Positions 42,179 to 55,547 of a stretch of 64,000 bases of DNA are shown here, piece after piece. Under the pieces are notes generated by a model. The model was given only the letters and a program-made list of their open reading frames with translations, ran no database searches and was not told the DNA's origin. Location: NCBI RefSeq assembly GCF_006345805.1, contig NC_043001.1, forward strand, positions 25,916,001 to 25,980,000. The letters run 5' to 3'. This DNA comes from Octopus sinensis (Eukaryota). A program made the translations under genes and the position numbers. Position 1 is the first letter of the stretch, and the number at the start of each line of letters is the position of its first letter.

Positions 42179-42494
42179 TCATGCCGGTGGCACGTAAAAG
42201 GGCACCATTCGAGCATGATCGTTACCAATGTCACCTTACTGGCACCTGTGCTGGTGGCATGTGTAAAAAGATTCGAGCGAGGTCATTGCCAGTACTGCCT
42301 GACTAGCCCCCATGCTTGTGGCACGTAAAAAGCACCCACTACACTCTCGGAGTGGTTGGCGTTGGGAAGGACATCCAGCTGTAGAAACTCTGTTAGATCA
42401 AGTTTGGGGCCTGGTGCAGCCATCTGGTTCGCCAGCCCTCAGTCAAAATCGTCCAACCCATGGAAAGCGGACATTAAATGATGATGATGATGAT
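42179..42494 (+). mobile_element. Family A copy
   Basis: gtggcacgtaaaaagcacccactacactctcggagtggttggc...(GAT)n. Confidence 0.88.
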
Positions 42495-43289
42495 CTTTCA
42501 GTTATTCATCTCCTCGAATATCCATGTTTTATTTAAGGATGTGAACATTAAGCTGACTTCTTTTTGTTTTAGCAATGCACAGGGAAATATTCGATCTCAA
42601 CTCTCTAAGGTTATCAAAACACAGTCATAGAGTAGTGAATTGCATTGCTTTCTGCTGAGCATTTTTTGCTAAGTGGACAGGGTTATTTAAATGTAGATAG
42701 GATACTTTTATAACTGTGTGGTCTATTGGAAAAGAGATAGATGTCATCAATACTATCATCATCCAAGACATATTGCAAATGTTTCCCTGACGATTCACCA
42801 ATTTTTACATGCTATCAAATTATAACAAATAATAAATATCGATACAATATGGATCCACCATCTGAATTACATTAAGTTAGATCAGCTCTCTAACTGCAGT
42901 CAGTCGATCAGTTTATTGTATACAGTGATTGTCCAACAATTTAGGACTCAAAATGGATTTTTTTGAGGAGAATGTGAGCAACTACTAGTTTAAAACACAA
43001 AAAATAAACAAACAAAAAAAACTGCCAGATAAATTGAGATATGACAACTTGTAAGTCTATATATTTTATATATCAAAAAAAGAAATTTAACACACACACA
43101 CACACACACACTTTTCATCTCGACCCCTTCGTGTGTACATTTAACTAAAAGGATGACTGCAAGAAATCTTGATCTAGATGTTAACAAAAATATACTAGAA
43201 GTGTACACTTCTAATATGAGAGTGTATAGTGTGTTTTTATGCTTTTGTAGTACAAAATAAATAAAATCGATATATAATATATATTTATT

Positions 43290-43334
<45 letters not shown>

Positions 43335-45904
43335 GCATACAGTGAGAGAGAGGGAGAGAGAGAGATGAGAAAGAGAGACAAATGGAAAGAGAGAGTAAAG
43401 AAATAGGAGATGAGACAGATAAGAACGTGATGAAAACTTCAATAATGGAATAAACAACACATATGACTATTTTAACCCAAACAATGTGATTGTTATACAA
43501 CAGAATAAACAATAAATAAAATATAAATGTTGAAATCATAGTGAGCCAGTCATAGATGTTATCTAATCTAGTAAACATTAACAAACTTGGCTACAGGAAA
43601 TCAAAGTTGGCACTCCAGACAATAAACTTGGATAATGGTTCTTAGTAATTCGTTTTGTAATTGTTTTTCACAAGATAGTTTATATACTTATATTTAGAGC
43701 CTTTTGATTTGAACTACCATATGTAAAACAGTCTATTTCAAAGTTAAATTGCAATCAAATTACCTGTGCACTTCAGTTACTATTGGTAAATAACTAGGTG
43801 CCCAGAAAGTTTTACCTTGAGTAAAAATTAGTAATTAATGGGTACAATAAACTTAGAATCATTAACACAGTTCTTATCATTATAATATTCTTGTTAATCA
43901 GAATGTAAAAAAAAAAACCATAAGTTTTAAAAAATTTTTCTTTGTTGTAATTTAGTTGGTGAATAAATGAAGTTGTTGAAATTGTTTCACTCTCTTGAAA
44001 ATTAATCATTAATTGTTTAAGTATAAATACAAGAAATTGAATGAATTAATTAATATTGATTGGAGACTAATTTTTACTTATAAATCCAAATAGAGTAATT
44101 AAAATAAATTATTAATGAAAAGTCTGGGTATCATAATATGTATAGACTGCTGATTAAATTTACTTTGTCTTCTGGTAAATGCTAAAATTTGTAATGACTA
44201 ATATCAGGTACTAATTGAGGTAATAGCATGACAAAAATATAGAATATTTAGCAGTTATAGACTGAAATCTTAAATCTTCGTGTGATATTTATATCACACA
44301 AATAATACCAAGAAATAAATTTTAAATGATGTAAAAATGTTAAAAGAACATAATGAAGGGAAAATCTTAAAGCAATTTGTTGAGAAATTTCCATGTGCAA
44401 TATAGAACCATACACAGTTGTACCTACCTGTTATAGATAGCTAAAGCAATGCTTGCCGGATGTGGAATTGGAAGAGGTATTTGTAGTTTATCAAACACAT
44501 GAGGCATATGGTCTTTTTTCCAAGGGCACATCTTTTCTCTGAAAGAATAACATAATTTCATTGTCATTTTTAATACTAAATTTTTGAATTTGTATCAAAA
44601 AGAGGGAAAAAGAAAAAGGAACGAATTTGACATTTGGAAATTAGTGTTAAAAATAATCAACAGATTGTATTGTTCTGGACCAAGATGCATAAAACAATTC
44701 TTTCAACCAATCCATGTTAGGATAGGAAAATATCATTAAAATGACAATGATGATGATGATGATAAGGAGGATGGGGGAGGGGAGACGGAATCATAGTTTC
44801 AACAGCATTAGATTAGAAAACTGATTGCAACTGTTTAATGTAGGAATTGGAAATAAATTTTACCAAAATATTACTTGCAACATCATTAGCAGTGATAGCA
44901 GCAGCACCACCATATTTTAGTTTAAATCTTGTAAAAGTCAAATTTACTACTCCTCTCTCTCTTTCTGGGTCAATAAGTCACATACCAGTAATATACTAAG
45001 GTTGATTTAATTAATAGTACTTCTAAAAATTATATAATTAAGAAACTAATATTATGTAATAAAAAAAAACTACAAGCAGGAAAAGCTCTTGGTTTCTATT
45101 CAGCAGAATTTATTGAACAGTGAGGGTGTAATTTCTATGTTTAACTGTTAAGATTGTTAAAAATAGTCATAAATGGAAAGAAATCATTCATTGGAAATAA
45201 GAAATTTATTACAACTGGGTGGACAACAGTGAAACCTGTCTACCTTCAAAGAAATCATGCAACAAGAGAAGCAACATTAGAAAATCAATAATGTACATTG
45301 TGGAGAGATAGTTGCAGCTGACTGAGTTGATAGTTGATAAGGTTCCAACCTCCTAGGCAAAAGGTAAACAAATTAGTATCTTATCCCCGGTATTGTGAAA
45401 TTTCCTTATCAGTGACAGTTGGCTGTAAATTGGTACCATAAGGAAGTACAGTGTGTCTGTTTGTAAGTAGTAGAAGCTCTGAGTAATTTTGTTACTTTGT
45501 TGCACCAAGCTGAAAGTCTCTCATAAATTTAGAGAAAATAATAGAAAAATCACTACTGCAGTGTGTTTTCTTTGAAATATTACATGAAGAAAATAACTTC
45601 AATGAGGACAGAATGACACACTGAATTATGAAAATTAATTATAAAATATTCTATATATAAACTGAAATCACCATAGAAAGAAGCTATTTAAGTAATAAGA
45701 CCTCAGGAAACATAAGAAAGATTATAGAAATTAGTAATATTTTTAGTTGTTATACAGAGAATGTTCACAAATAACTCATGATAAATGTTTAATATAAGTA
45801 TAATAACAGCCATAATTGTTTAATATACTCATTTACTTGTTTCAGTCATTTGACTGCGGCCATGCTGGGGCACCGCCTTAAATATGGATATATTTTTAAA
45901 GTTT

Positions 45905-46255
45905 GAAAACTCCTGAGCTGAGACCCCCTTCGGTCATGACTGACCGTGGGATTGCACCTAGAAAGTTACCCTCTGAGGCACAAGTCCGGGCAAGGTTGTT
46001 TATGGGAGACCAGCAGTCGCCCATGCATACCGGCCTCCCCTCTCCATGCCAACAGTGTTATCCAAGGGAAAGACAAAGGCCGATACAGCTTGGCACCTGT
46101 GACGGTGCAACTCATTTCTACAGCTGAGTTAACTGGAGCAACGTGAAATAAAGTGTCTTGCTCAAGAACACAACACACAGCCCAGTCTGGGATTCGAACT
46201 CACAACCTCACGATCGTAAGCTCAACACTCTAACCACTGAGCTATGTGCCTTCAC
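45905..46255 (-). mobile_element. tRNA-derived SINE, family E
   Basis: Minus-strand head gtgaaggcacatagctcagtggttagagtgttgagcttacgatcgtgaggttgtgagttcgaatccc (A and B boxes), followed by a non-tRNA body. Confidence 0.88.
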
Positions 46256-46857
46256 ATATTAGTCAATTACTATGAGATCAGCCTTCTTCATTTAGTTTAC
46301 AACACACACTTAACTCAATATTTTAGAAGCAAAAGTTTTATTTTATTTATTATTTTTAATTATCAATTTTCTTAGCATGAGATTGGCAGGACAAAGAATT
46401 GAGAATAACTACTTTTAAAATATGAAGCACTATAATTCAGTCAGTTAAAGGCTTTTAACTTGATTTGATGTCTTTGTCTTTTCACAGTATGTCTAAATAA
46501 AATCAGGTTATAATTATGGGAAAACTTTGAACTCAATATTGCAATTTAACAAAACATATGTAATCACAATTCTTCAACTACTTTTAATAATTGACTGTTC
46601 TTCCTCATGATAACTATTAGTTACTGTGGTAAGTGCTGGATGAACAGTACAGTGGATAGGGCTACATAGAGTATTTGGCAGGCTAGAAAGAATAGCAAAA
46701 ATATGAAGAGCAGTAACGGCATCAAAAAGCTGGGCAGTAAGCATAAAACTAAGTGTATCTTGCCAAATATGAAGCTATGTAGACAAATGTTCTGTACAGT
46801 GATGAAAGATGTAGAGTTCTGAATTGCAAGGCAGTGTGTCTGATTGAATCAAGACAT

Positions 46858-47052
46858 CATGCTTCCTAAGATTCGCCAACACTACAACTGATTTTCTCCC
46901 CTCCGTACACACGCAAGCATGTATCTGACTCATACACTGTTCACTTCCCAGACACTTGTACATTACTGCATGTGCTTTATACGCACTTTTGACAAGTTGT
47001 GGTACACCTGAGCACTGTATACAATAATTTCATTATTATTATTATTATTATC
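46858..47052 (+). mobile_element. CR1-type 3' tail (same family as 20580)
   Basis: catgcttcctaagattcgccaacactac...aataatttc(att)n. Confidence 0.88.
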
Positions 47053-47394
47053 ATTTGCCAGTAGAGTATTCAAAGTGAGATTTTATTCTAGTAACAGTGA
47101 AAAGAAAGAACCATGATAATACTGCTATTAGAAATTGCTAAATAAAGAACAATAGCGAGATAGTGATGGGGAACTCCACATGGAACCAACAGAAGAACCA
47201 GTTACTGAAGTTAGCCTTAGTATGGTTAGTATAACTTTTAAGAGAGGAAGACAATGAAAGTGACAGTTCATGAAAAGAGTTGTTGAGATGTTGAAAGCAC
47301 CGAGTTTATGTAGATACTATTCTAATAGTTCATTTAGATAATCATATTGTATAGGAAGGTGTAATATCCTTTGACTAGCATATTAGTATTGTAT

Positions 47395-47932
47395 CATCTG
47401 GAAAAGATTTTATAACTAGAAAGGGTATGGCCTGGTCAGCCTGTAATGACATGCATAAGATCTGGTCATCAAATCTAAGTAGAGATTTCAAACTTAAAAT
47501 CTTCAAAGCCACAGTTGAACCAATTCTACTACATGGCTCAGAAACCTAGACGTTATCAAAGAAGCTTGAGAAGCGGTTGGATGGAACCTACACTTGCCTC
47601 CTTATGAGAGCTCAAAATCTCTTGTGGAAGCGTCATCCAACCAAAATGCAAATATATGGGAAACTACCACCTGTGTCATCTCTTGTGAAAGGTAGGAGAG
47701 TCCAGTTTGCTGGACATTGTTGTAGAGCTGAAAATGAGGCAATTTCTACTCTTCTCCTCTGGAAGCCATCTACTCACGATACCAGAGAGTGCACACTCTC
47801 CTACCCTGATGTAATCTCCAGGGATACAGGTATCCAGCAACAGGACCTCCGTAATGCTATGATGGACCGTGAAGTCTGGCGTAGCATGGTAAATTCCATT
47901 GTCTCGACCACGGTCGAACAATGATGATGATT
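47395..47932 (+). mobile_element. RTE-clade LINE 3' end (a third subfamily)
   Basis: KIFKATVEPILLHGSET*TLSKKLEKRLDGTYTCLLMRA...RRVQFAGHC...MMDREVWR; (GAT) tail. Confidence 0.88.
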
Positions 47933-49960
47933 GTAGCAAGACATGCTAGCACAAAACATCCAATCACTGCTGGCTGTAGAAGGATACATGTGACCCAGCA
48001 GTGAAGTGCGAGTTTTGAAAGGCAAAAATCAGTTGCTGAGAGAACACCAAAAAGTAAACATCTAAGTTGCTGATTGTTAATCCAGATGACAAGACACATT
48101 GCTGATTTAACACCGATTAGTAAACCTAATGTTTATGGCTATGGGACTACTACCATGCTTCCCAGTTTTGCTGAACTACTAAGTTACAGGTATGTAAACA
48201 CACCAACACCAGCTGTCAAGTGGTGGTGGGGGATAAACACACACATACAATGGGCTTTTTTCAGTTTCTGTCTACCAAATCCATTCACAAGGCTTTGGTT
48301 GGCTTGAGGCTATAGTAGAAGATACTTGCCCAAGGTGCCATGCAGTGATACTGAACCTGGAATCATGTGGGTGGGAAACAAACGTCTTTCCACACACCCA
48401 TATATATGTATATATATATATATGTATATATATATATGTATATACCAACTTTCTCACCTATATATATATATACATATACATACATACATGTACATATATA
48501 TATATTGAGAAAAAAGTTGCTGGAATTTTGGAAAAAATAATCTTTTTATTTCTTCAATATTATTAGCGCTTTCATTCATTTCTCGAACTTGTCATATATA
48601 TATATATATTAAATGATGATGATGATGATGATGATATATATAAGTAAAATCTCTTTCAATTTGCTGATATGTATAGAATTTTCATTTATTCACATGAAAT
48701 AACGAAAAGCCAAGATGATTGGTGATATTCTGTACATCAAAATTGTTCAACTCTTGTCAACATGGACAAAAATAAATATTCAAAGTACTGATTTATATGT
48801 CATTACTGATGTAGCAAACTTTTATTCCAAGAAAGAAGATATGTTCAAATCTTATAAAAGAGTCAAATTTCCTATCCTCCATCTAATAACGAAAAGTTTG
48901 GGAATAAATATAAGATGTATAACAACCTGTCCTTTTATAAAGGATATTAGAAAGATATCTGTTAAATAAACAGTGCTTTGAATAAGCTTTTTCTTTTTTT
49001 AAATTTTATCACTGTCTGTTTTTACAAACATACAGTCATTCACATATGTATACAAATTCTTATTTGATTATTGGTTAAAAAACACTTCACTGTTGTGAAT
49101 ATTGTAGTTCCATTGATAAATATTTGCACTACAGAAATTAATTTCCTTTAACATATGTTGCTACCCCCCACCAAAAAGAAACTTTCTGTTTTTATAATCA
49201 CTGCTACCATCATGATTTTCATCATCACCAACATGAGCACCACTACCACCACCATTTTTAACAAATGATTTTCCAAGGAATCAGTCAGACAGCTTTGCCA
49301 TACATCATTTTCTCAAGTATTTTCATCCTGTGTCATCTCTGAGGTTTACTGTTTGTTTTCTTATCTGACTTCTTCCCCAAGTCTTTCACAGTACCAATGC
49401 TGCATATACACCACAAATACACACTCAGAGTGTATCATATGCATGCATTACCTGTCCATACTGCTCTGATCTCTCCCTCTTTCTCTCCTTTTTTCTCTCC
49501 TTCTTCTACATTCACCTGTGCCAATACATTTAACATCCTACCATTTTTTAAAACTTCTTTCTACTCAACATTCCACATCAGCTTAAAACCATACATCCAG
49601 CTATCTTTACGAAATTCATTCTTTACACCAAACGTTACAGATCCTTTGCAATCATAGTTCATGTGATAAATAAACAAACAAATTTAAAAAATGAATATGT
49701 AACTACTGTTGAAGGTAACAATATATTTTCAAATCTTTTCTTATTCTTTGGATGTCAAGTTGACATTAAATAGTTCTACACCTGCAAGATATTACTGATC
49801 TTTATTCAAACTTCAAAGTATTAGTCGGTGCTATTGATGTTGATCATGTAAGTTATTGATCACTATTATTCTTGGAAGTTTTATTGAACTTTGATATGTC
49901 TTGCTTAGCTCTACAAAGGAGAAGCAAGAAGAAATATTCCTGTGATTTTCTTCAAAGAAT

Positions 49961-50002
<42 letters not shown>

Positions 50003-50132
50003 CGCACACATATAAGTATTAAAACTTTCTGTTGAAAAATAATTTTCAGCTAAACCCTTTTGTTACTATAATTCTGTTGAAATACACTGCGTTCATTTTA
50101 ATTAATTTTTAAAATAACCTTGTATCTTTTAT

Positions 50133-50532
50133 GCTTTACTTGTTTCAGTTGTTGGACTGTAACCAAGCTGGGGCATTACCACAAAGAATTTTAGTAAAAA
50201 AAAAACAAAAAAAAACATAGGTACTTATTTTCTTAAATTTAGTACTTATTCTATTGGTCTTTCTTTTTACCAAACCAATAAGTTGGGAAGATGTAAACAA
50301 ACTAACACTTGTTGTCAAGCAGTGTGTGTGTGTGTGTGTGTGTGAGAAACACATATACATACTCACACATATATGTTAGGCTTCCACATAATTTCTATCT
50401 ATCAAGTTTATTCGCAATGTATTAGTCAGATCAGAGCATAGTAGAAGACACTTGCCCAAGGTACTGCACAGCGAGACAGAACCCTAAATCATGTGGACAC
50501 AAAGTGAGCCCCTTAATCACCATAGCTATACC
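50133..50532 (-). mobile_element. Family B SINE, degenerate, inserted in a piggyBac-like MITE
   Basis: tttacttgtttcagttgttggactg...gtagaagacacttgcccaagg; MITE sequence on both sides. Confidence 0.75.
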
Positions 50533-50612
50533 TTAAGTAAAAATAACTGTCATTATTAAGCTGGTGTTTGGCACATAAATTAATATGAAATTTATGAAAA
50601 TTTTCCAACAAT

Positions 50613-51021
50613 AGGCACAGAAGTGGCTGTGTGGTAAGCAGCTTGCTTACCAGCCACATGGTTCCGGGTTCAGTCCTGCTGTGTGGCACCTTGGGCAAGT
50701 GTCTTCTACTCTAGCCTCAGGCTGACCAAAGCCTTGTGAGTGGATTTGGTAGACGGAAACTGAAAGAAGCCTATCGTATATATGTATATATATATATATG
50801 CGTGTATGTGTTTGTGTGTCTGTGTTTGTTCCCGCCAACATCGCTTGACAACTGATGCTGGTGTGTTCACGTCCCCATAACTTAGCAGTTCGGCAAAACA
50901 GACTGGTAGAATAAGTACCAGGCTTACAAAGAATAAGTCCCGGGGTTGATTCGCTCGACTAAAGGTGGTGCTCCAGCATGGCTGCAGTCAAATGACTGAA
51001 ACAAGTAAAAGAGTAAAAGAG
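50613..51021 (+). mobile_element. Family B SINE, full length
   Basis: Colinear with 19340. Confidence 0.92.
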
Positions 51022-51246
51022 AAAATAGATGCAGACACTAATAACAACCACTGATTTAAATGATGTCTGAAACTGTTAGTTTCTTTCATTTTATGTTTTA
51101 ACATTGCTGTCATATTTATAACTTAATTAAGATTGTAATTACAACATAATTAGAATATCAATTTTTTACCTAGTTTATGTGTCTGTATACATCAGTCTAA
51201 AATAAAGAGTCTTGTTACTAACTGTTTCTTCAGAAACAATAATTAA

Positions 51247-52115
51247 CCCTTTTGGTACCATATTTCTGCTGAAATGCATTATGTTTGTTACATTAAATGC
51301 TGAAAGTAATGAAGAATTTAGTAAAATAGCTTTGTCGTTATTAAGCTGTAGAGGTAACCTGTGGAAGGGGTAGACCCAGGAAGGTGTGGGATGAAGTGGT
51401 GAGAAAGGATCTTCAGATGCTGGGCCTCACTGAGGAAATGTCAAGGGGCCGGGAGTTGTGGTGATTTGCTGTACTTGAGAAGATGCATCAAACCAAATAA
51501 GATTGCTGCCATTCATACATCATCATCAGGCTTATCCTTAACAGGATGGTGGCGAGCTGGCAGAATTGTTAGCACGCCAGGCGAAATGCTTAGCGGTATT
51601 TCGTCCGCCGTTACATTCTGAGTTCAAATTCCGCCGAGGTCGATTTTGCCTTTCCTCCTTTTGGGGTTGATAAATTAAGTACCAGTTATGCACTGGGGTC
51701 GATGTAATCTGTCCTTGTTTGTCTCCTCTGTGTTTAGCCCCTTGTGGGTAGTAAAGAAATAGGTGTTGGTGCCATGTTAAAGCACTCAGGCTGGTGCTGC
51801 GTAAATGCACCCATGCCGGTGGCATGTAAAGGCACCCAGCACACTCTGTAAAGTGGCTGGTGTTTGGAAGAGCATCCAGCTGTAGAAACCGGCCACAACA
51901 GAAAAGTCTGGACAGCTCTGCAGCTGGCCAACTCCTATCAAACTGTCCAACCCATGCCAGCATGGAAAGTGGACGTTAAATGATGATGATGATAAAATTG
52001 GTGAATGACAAATTAAAAATTAAAGGAAGATTTTAATTCAGATCACTTTAAGACAAGCAATTTATATCACAGAGCTAGGGTCAATCTCAGGCAGGTTGGT
52101 ATCATAAGTAGTAGT
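51247..52115 (+). mobile_element. Nested cluster: piggyBac-like MITE > family A LINE end (51347-51993) > family C SINE (51544-51764)
   Basis: MITE breaks at ttaagctg and resumes near 52000; the LINE remnant GRGRPRKVWDEVVRKDLQMLGLTEEM is split from its UTR by the SINE. Confidence 0.8.
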
Positions 52116-52169
52116 TAGAAAAGTGGCTGTATTTTAGAAAATAGAAGACTTTGGAATAATTTATTTTAA

Positions 52170-52384
52170 CCCTTTAGTATTTGAAGCAACCATATCTGTC
52201 CTAAATAGTGAACCTTGCTTTCTGGCCACATTCAGCCTCCTACATACACCCAGCCTATAATATCATTCTAAAAATAAACAATCACATCATTGGAATCTGA
52301 AAGCTATGAGATAATGCATGATTTACTTCAAAACAGTGTGAATAAATAAGCATAACATTTGACAGTAATCTGAATGTTAAAGGG
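52170..52384. mobile_element. piggyBac-like MITE (215 bp), TTAA at both ends
   Basis: TTAA|CCCTTTAgtatt...aatgtTAAAGGG|TTAA. Confidence 0.8.
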
Positions 52385-53142
52385 TTAAATACTATATTTA
52401 TCCGTGTATATGACACACTTGAATATACTGTACACCACTAATTATGGGTAATGAAATTCCAGAAAAAAACATCTTTCTCAACTGACTTTTCTCTAGTATT
52501 ATAATGTTTAGAAAGTTCAAACATCATTAAAAAACAAATTGTAAGTGCCCTTTGAACTTTACTAGTGTAGGCTGTGAAAGTGCCTCTGTTGTAAAGTCAT
52601 CATTCTGAATATCAAAGGATCATGTTTTTTTTCTAGAAAATCAACTTGATTTTGATAACAACAGTACTTAAAGTTTTGCTGAATTTTACTGTTCAGTTAT
52701 TACAGTGAGGCACACACGGTTGTGTTGTCACAGGAGAACAAAGTATTTATTAACTGTGGGTTTCCTAAAATGCTCCCAATTTTATTTTTATTACTAAGCA
52801 TCCATCTCTATGTTCTGACATCAAATTCTCTCAAGGTTGACTTTACCTTTCATCCTTTTGGGGTTGATAAATTAAGTACCAGTGAAACACTAGGGCTGAT
52901 ATAATCAACTAGTCTCCTTCCCCTAAATTTCAGGCCTTGTGCCTTTAGTAGAAAGAATTATCATTATTGAATGAGAGAACAATGCATGCCATCAAAGTGA
53001 CACTGGGGTACAAATATATTGAAGTCCAGTATACTCATCATGAATACCCATCTGATAAGGGTACACGAGGCACATGAATCACAAATATATGTGCATGATA
53101 TGGTGATCTCATACTATTATTATTATTATTATTATTATTATT

Positions 53143-53636
53143 GAGTGAGAGAGCAGTGCATGCCATCAAAGTGACACTGGGGTAAAATATACGAAGCCAG
53201 TATACCTACCATGACTACCCGTCTGATAAGGGCACACCAGGCACATGATTCACAACCACATGTGCATGACATAGTGATCTCATATCAAGATAAACAACGC
53301 ATGACCTTGCAGGTGGGGCTCAGTTTGAATTTTCTTCAGGTCAAGTAACCCATCCCGTTCAAAAGGTCCTTGAATAAGGTTTGTTTGATAAATGAAATAC
53401 CTATGTTTCCAAGGGTGAATTATCCAAACCCCAAAGAATTCCTCTCAACACATGGCTATGATGTTCCCTCACTACTTCTGCTTGTGATCAGAGTTGCGTA
53501 TACCATCAGCCACCAAGGGACATGCTCAACTGGTTAAGGTCAAGCAACTGACAAGCAAATCTGTGGTATTGAGCAGAATATTTGCTGTAGCCCATCTTTT
53601 ATACCAAGACAAAACAATGTACATGATGACACCTCT
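53143..53636. mobile_element. Unclassified ~500-bp interspersed element in a (TAT)n tract; partial copy at 52972-53112
   Basis: (TAT)n on both sides; gcatgccatcaaagtgacactgggg...ctgataaggg.acac occurs twice. Confidence 0.6.
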
Positions 53637-53639
53637 ATA

Positions 53640-53670
<31 letters not shown>

Positions 53671-54473
53671 TTATTTATTTTATTTACTTATTTTCTTGTA
53701 ATACAGTTTCCAAGCTTTTGTTTCAAACAGCTAACATTCAAGATCTGACAAAAATATTTTTGGCAGATGAAAACACTTTATCTCTGAACACTTGGATTAT
53801 TTTTTTTTTCAGTCTTATATTTGATAAAGAGATGATTTCTCTGAAATATAATAGAAGCATTAAACAACCTATGTAGGGTAATACATCTTCTTTTTTATAT
53901 TTTCATTGGCATCACCTCACATATTTTGCCTAACCTTTCCTTTGTGATCCTCAAAGGTCATCTTAAAAATATTTCATAAAAGAGAATTTTAAATTTTCAG
54001 GAAGTGAAAAACATTTTAAATGCTCCATTCGGTGTTTCATATGTAATTTTATGGAACTTTATAGTATGAATTTCTATCTAGATTAAAGATAAAGTGCTTC
54101 AATGCTCTCAATGTCAATTTTATTTTCTGATCACTTCATACTAATAATTATGAGCAAAATTTTGCTGCATTTAGTTGGACATTTAACAGTATGATTTCTG
54201 ATGAGGGCATACTTATGAAATATTGATTTCAAATTTTGGTACAAGGTCAGTGCTTTCAGGGAGGGGTTAAGTTAATTAGATCCCCCCCCCCCCAATGTTC
54301 AACTGGTACTTATTTTATTGAACCCAAAAGGATGACAGGCAAATTTGATGTTGATGGCATTTGAACTCAGAACATGAAGATGGATGAAATGCCACTACGC
54401 ATTTGCCCAGCATGCTAATAATTCCATCAGTTTGCCACCTTGTACTTATGGAATATTAAGAACATTAATATGT

Positions 54474-54868
54474 AGTAGTGGCTGTGTGGTAAGTAGCTTG
54501 CTTACCAGCCACATGGTTCCGAGCTTAGTCCCACTGTGTGGCACCTTGGGCAAGTGTCTTCTACTATAGTCTCAGGCCGACCAAAGCTTTGTGAGTGGAT
54601 TTGGTAGATGGAAACCGAAAGAAGCCCGTCATATATATGTATATATGTGTGTGTGTGTGTGTATGTGCATGTGTATATGTTTGTCCCCCCAACATCGATT
54701 GACAACCGATGCTGGTGTGTTTATGTCCCCGTAACTTAGCAGTTAGACCGATAGAATAAGTACTAGGCTTACAAAGAATAAGTCCTAGGGTTGATTTGCT
54801 TGACTAATGGCAGTGCTCCAGCATGGCAATAGTCAAATGACTGAAGCAAGTAAAAGAGTAAAGAGTAT
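54474..54868 (+). mobile_element. Family B SINE
   Basis: Colinear with 19340 and 50613. Confidence 0.9.
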
Positions 54869-55456
54869 ATTATCATCATCATAGAAAAATAAAACACTAA
54901 TGTAGTGATCTTTTCTCTTCACTACACACCAGTTAGCTTTGACAATAGATATAACTTATTTCTGGTCGTGTAACATAGCCACACATAGTCCACATAAAGA
55001 GGGGAAAAGATGGGTAACATTTACTTCTCATGTATAAAGAAACCTCCTAAAATTTAAGTTTAAAATTTTGGGGAAAAAAATGCATAATATACACAAATGA
55101 ATACGGTATAAAAAATTTCTATTAAAAAAAATTAATAGCCAAAATTATGTCTTCTACAAATTATAATGATTTATAAAGTTGATATTTATCTGAATCTAAA
55201 ATTAATCAGGACAGTTGTTCTTTGGATAAGATGTTGATCTATTGCAGGTTAACTATCTGATGAACAGTAATGGGTAAACGGAATGAGTAAGCAAAGAGTA
55301 CAATTATACCATCAGCATTACTATATGACTTCATGTACACCATTTACTCTCCTTTTCTAACTTTTTCATAATGATAATAAAAAAAAGTTACAAAATTCCT
55401 CAATGAGAAAAAAAAAGATAAAATGTAAGATGTAAAAAATCAATCAATATTATTAC

Positions 55457-55547
55457 CTGGGAGTATCCCACCGGGCTGTTGGAATTAAATGTTGATTGGG
55501 GTTAAAGATTCCGCAATCCAAAAAGGGAGGCCGTATACTCACATCAG
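55457..55547 (-). CDS. Internal coding exon (91 nt) of the unidentified gene
   Basis: atttattttTAG acceptor, CAG|GTAATA donor; (A)DVSIRPPFLDCGIFNPNQHLIPTARWDTP(R). Phase 1 in and phase 2 out match both neighbouring exons. Confidence 0.85.

Noticed and set aside
43196-43213. 18-bp perfect palindrome tagaagtgtacacttcta
   Set aside because: Short and isolated; no link to any element or function can be supported.
46170-46255. tRNA genes at SINE heads (also 6548, 19340, 28493, 60126)
   Set aside because: A/B boxes are present, but each continues into a SINE body with no acceptor-stem closure.
49770-49855. Plus-strand mini-exon (LHLQDITDLYSNFKVLVGAIDVDH, then GTAAGT)
   Set aside because: Poor acceptor, no partner exons, and no recognisable homology; compatible with chance.
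54197-54230. ctgatgagggcatacttatgaaat as a hammerhead
   Set aside because: No convincing stem I, II or III, and GAAAT lacks a pairing partner.
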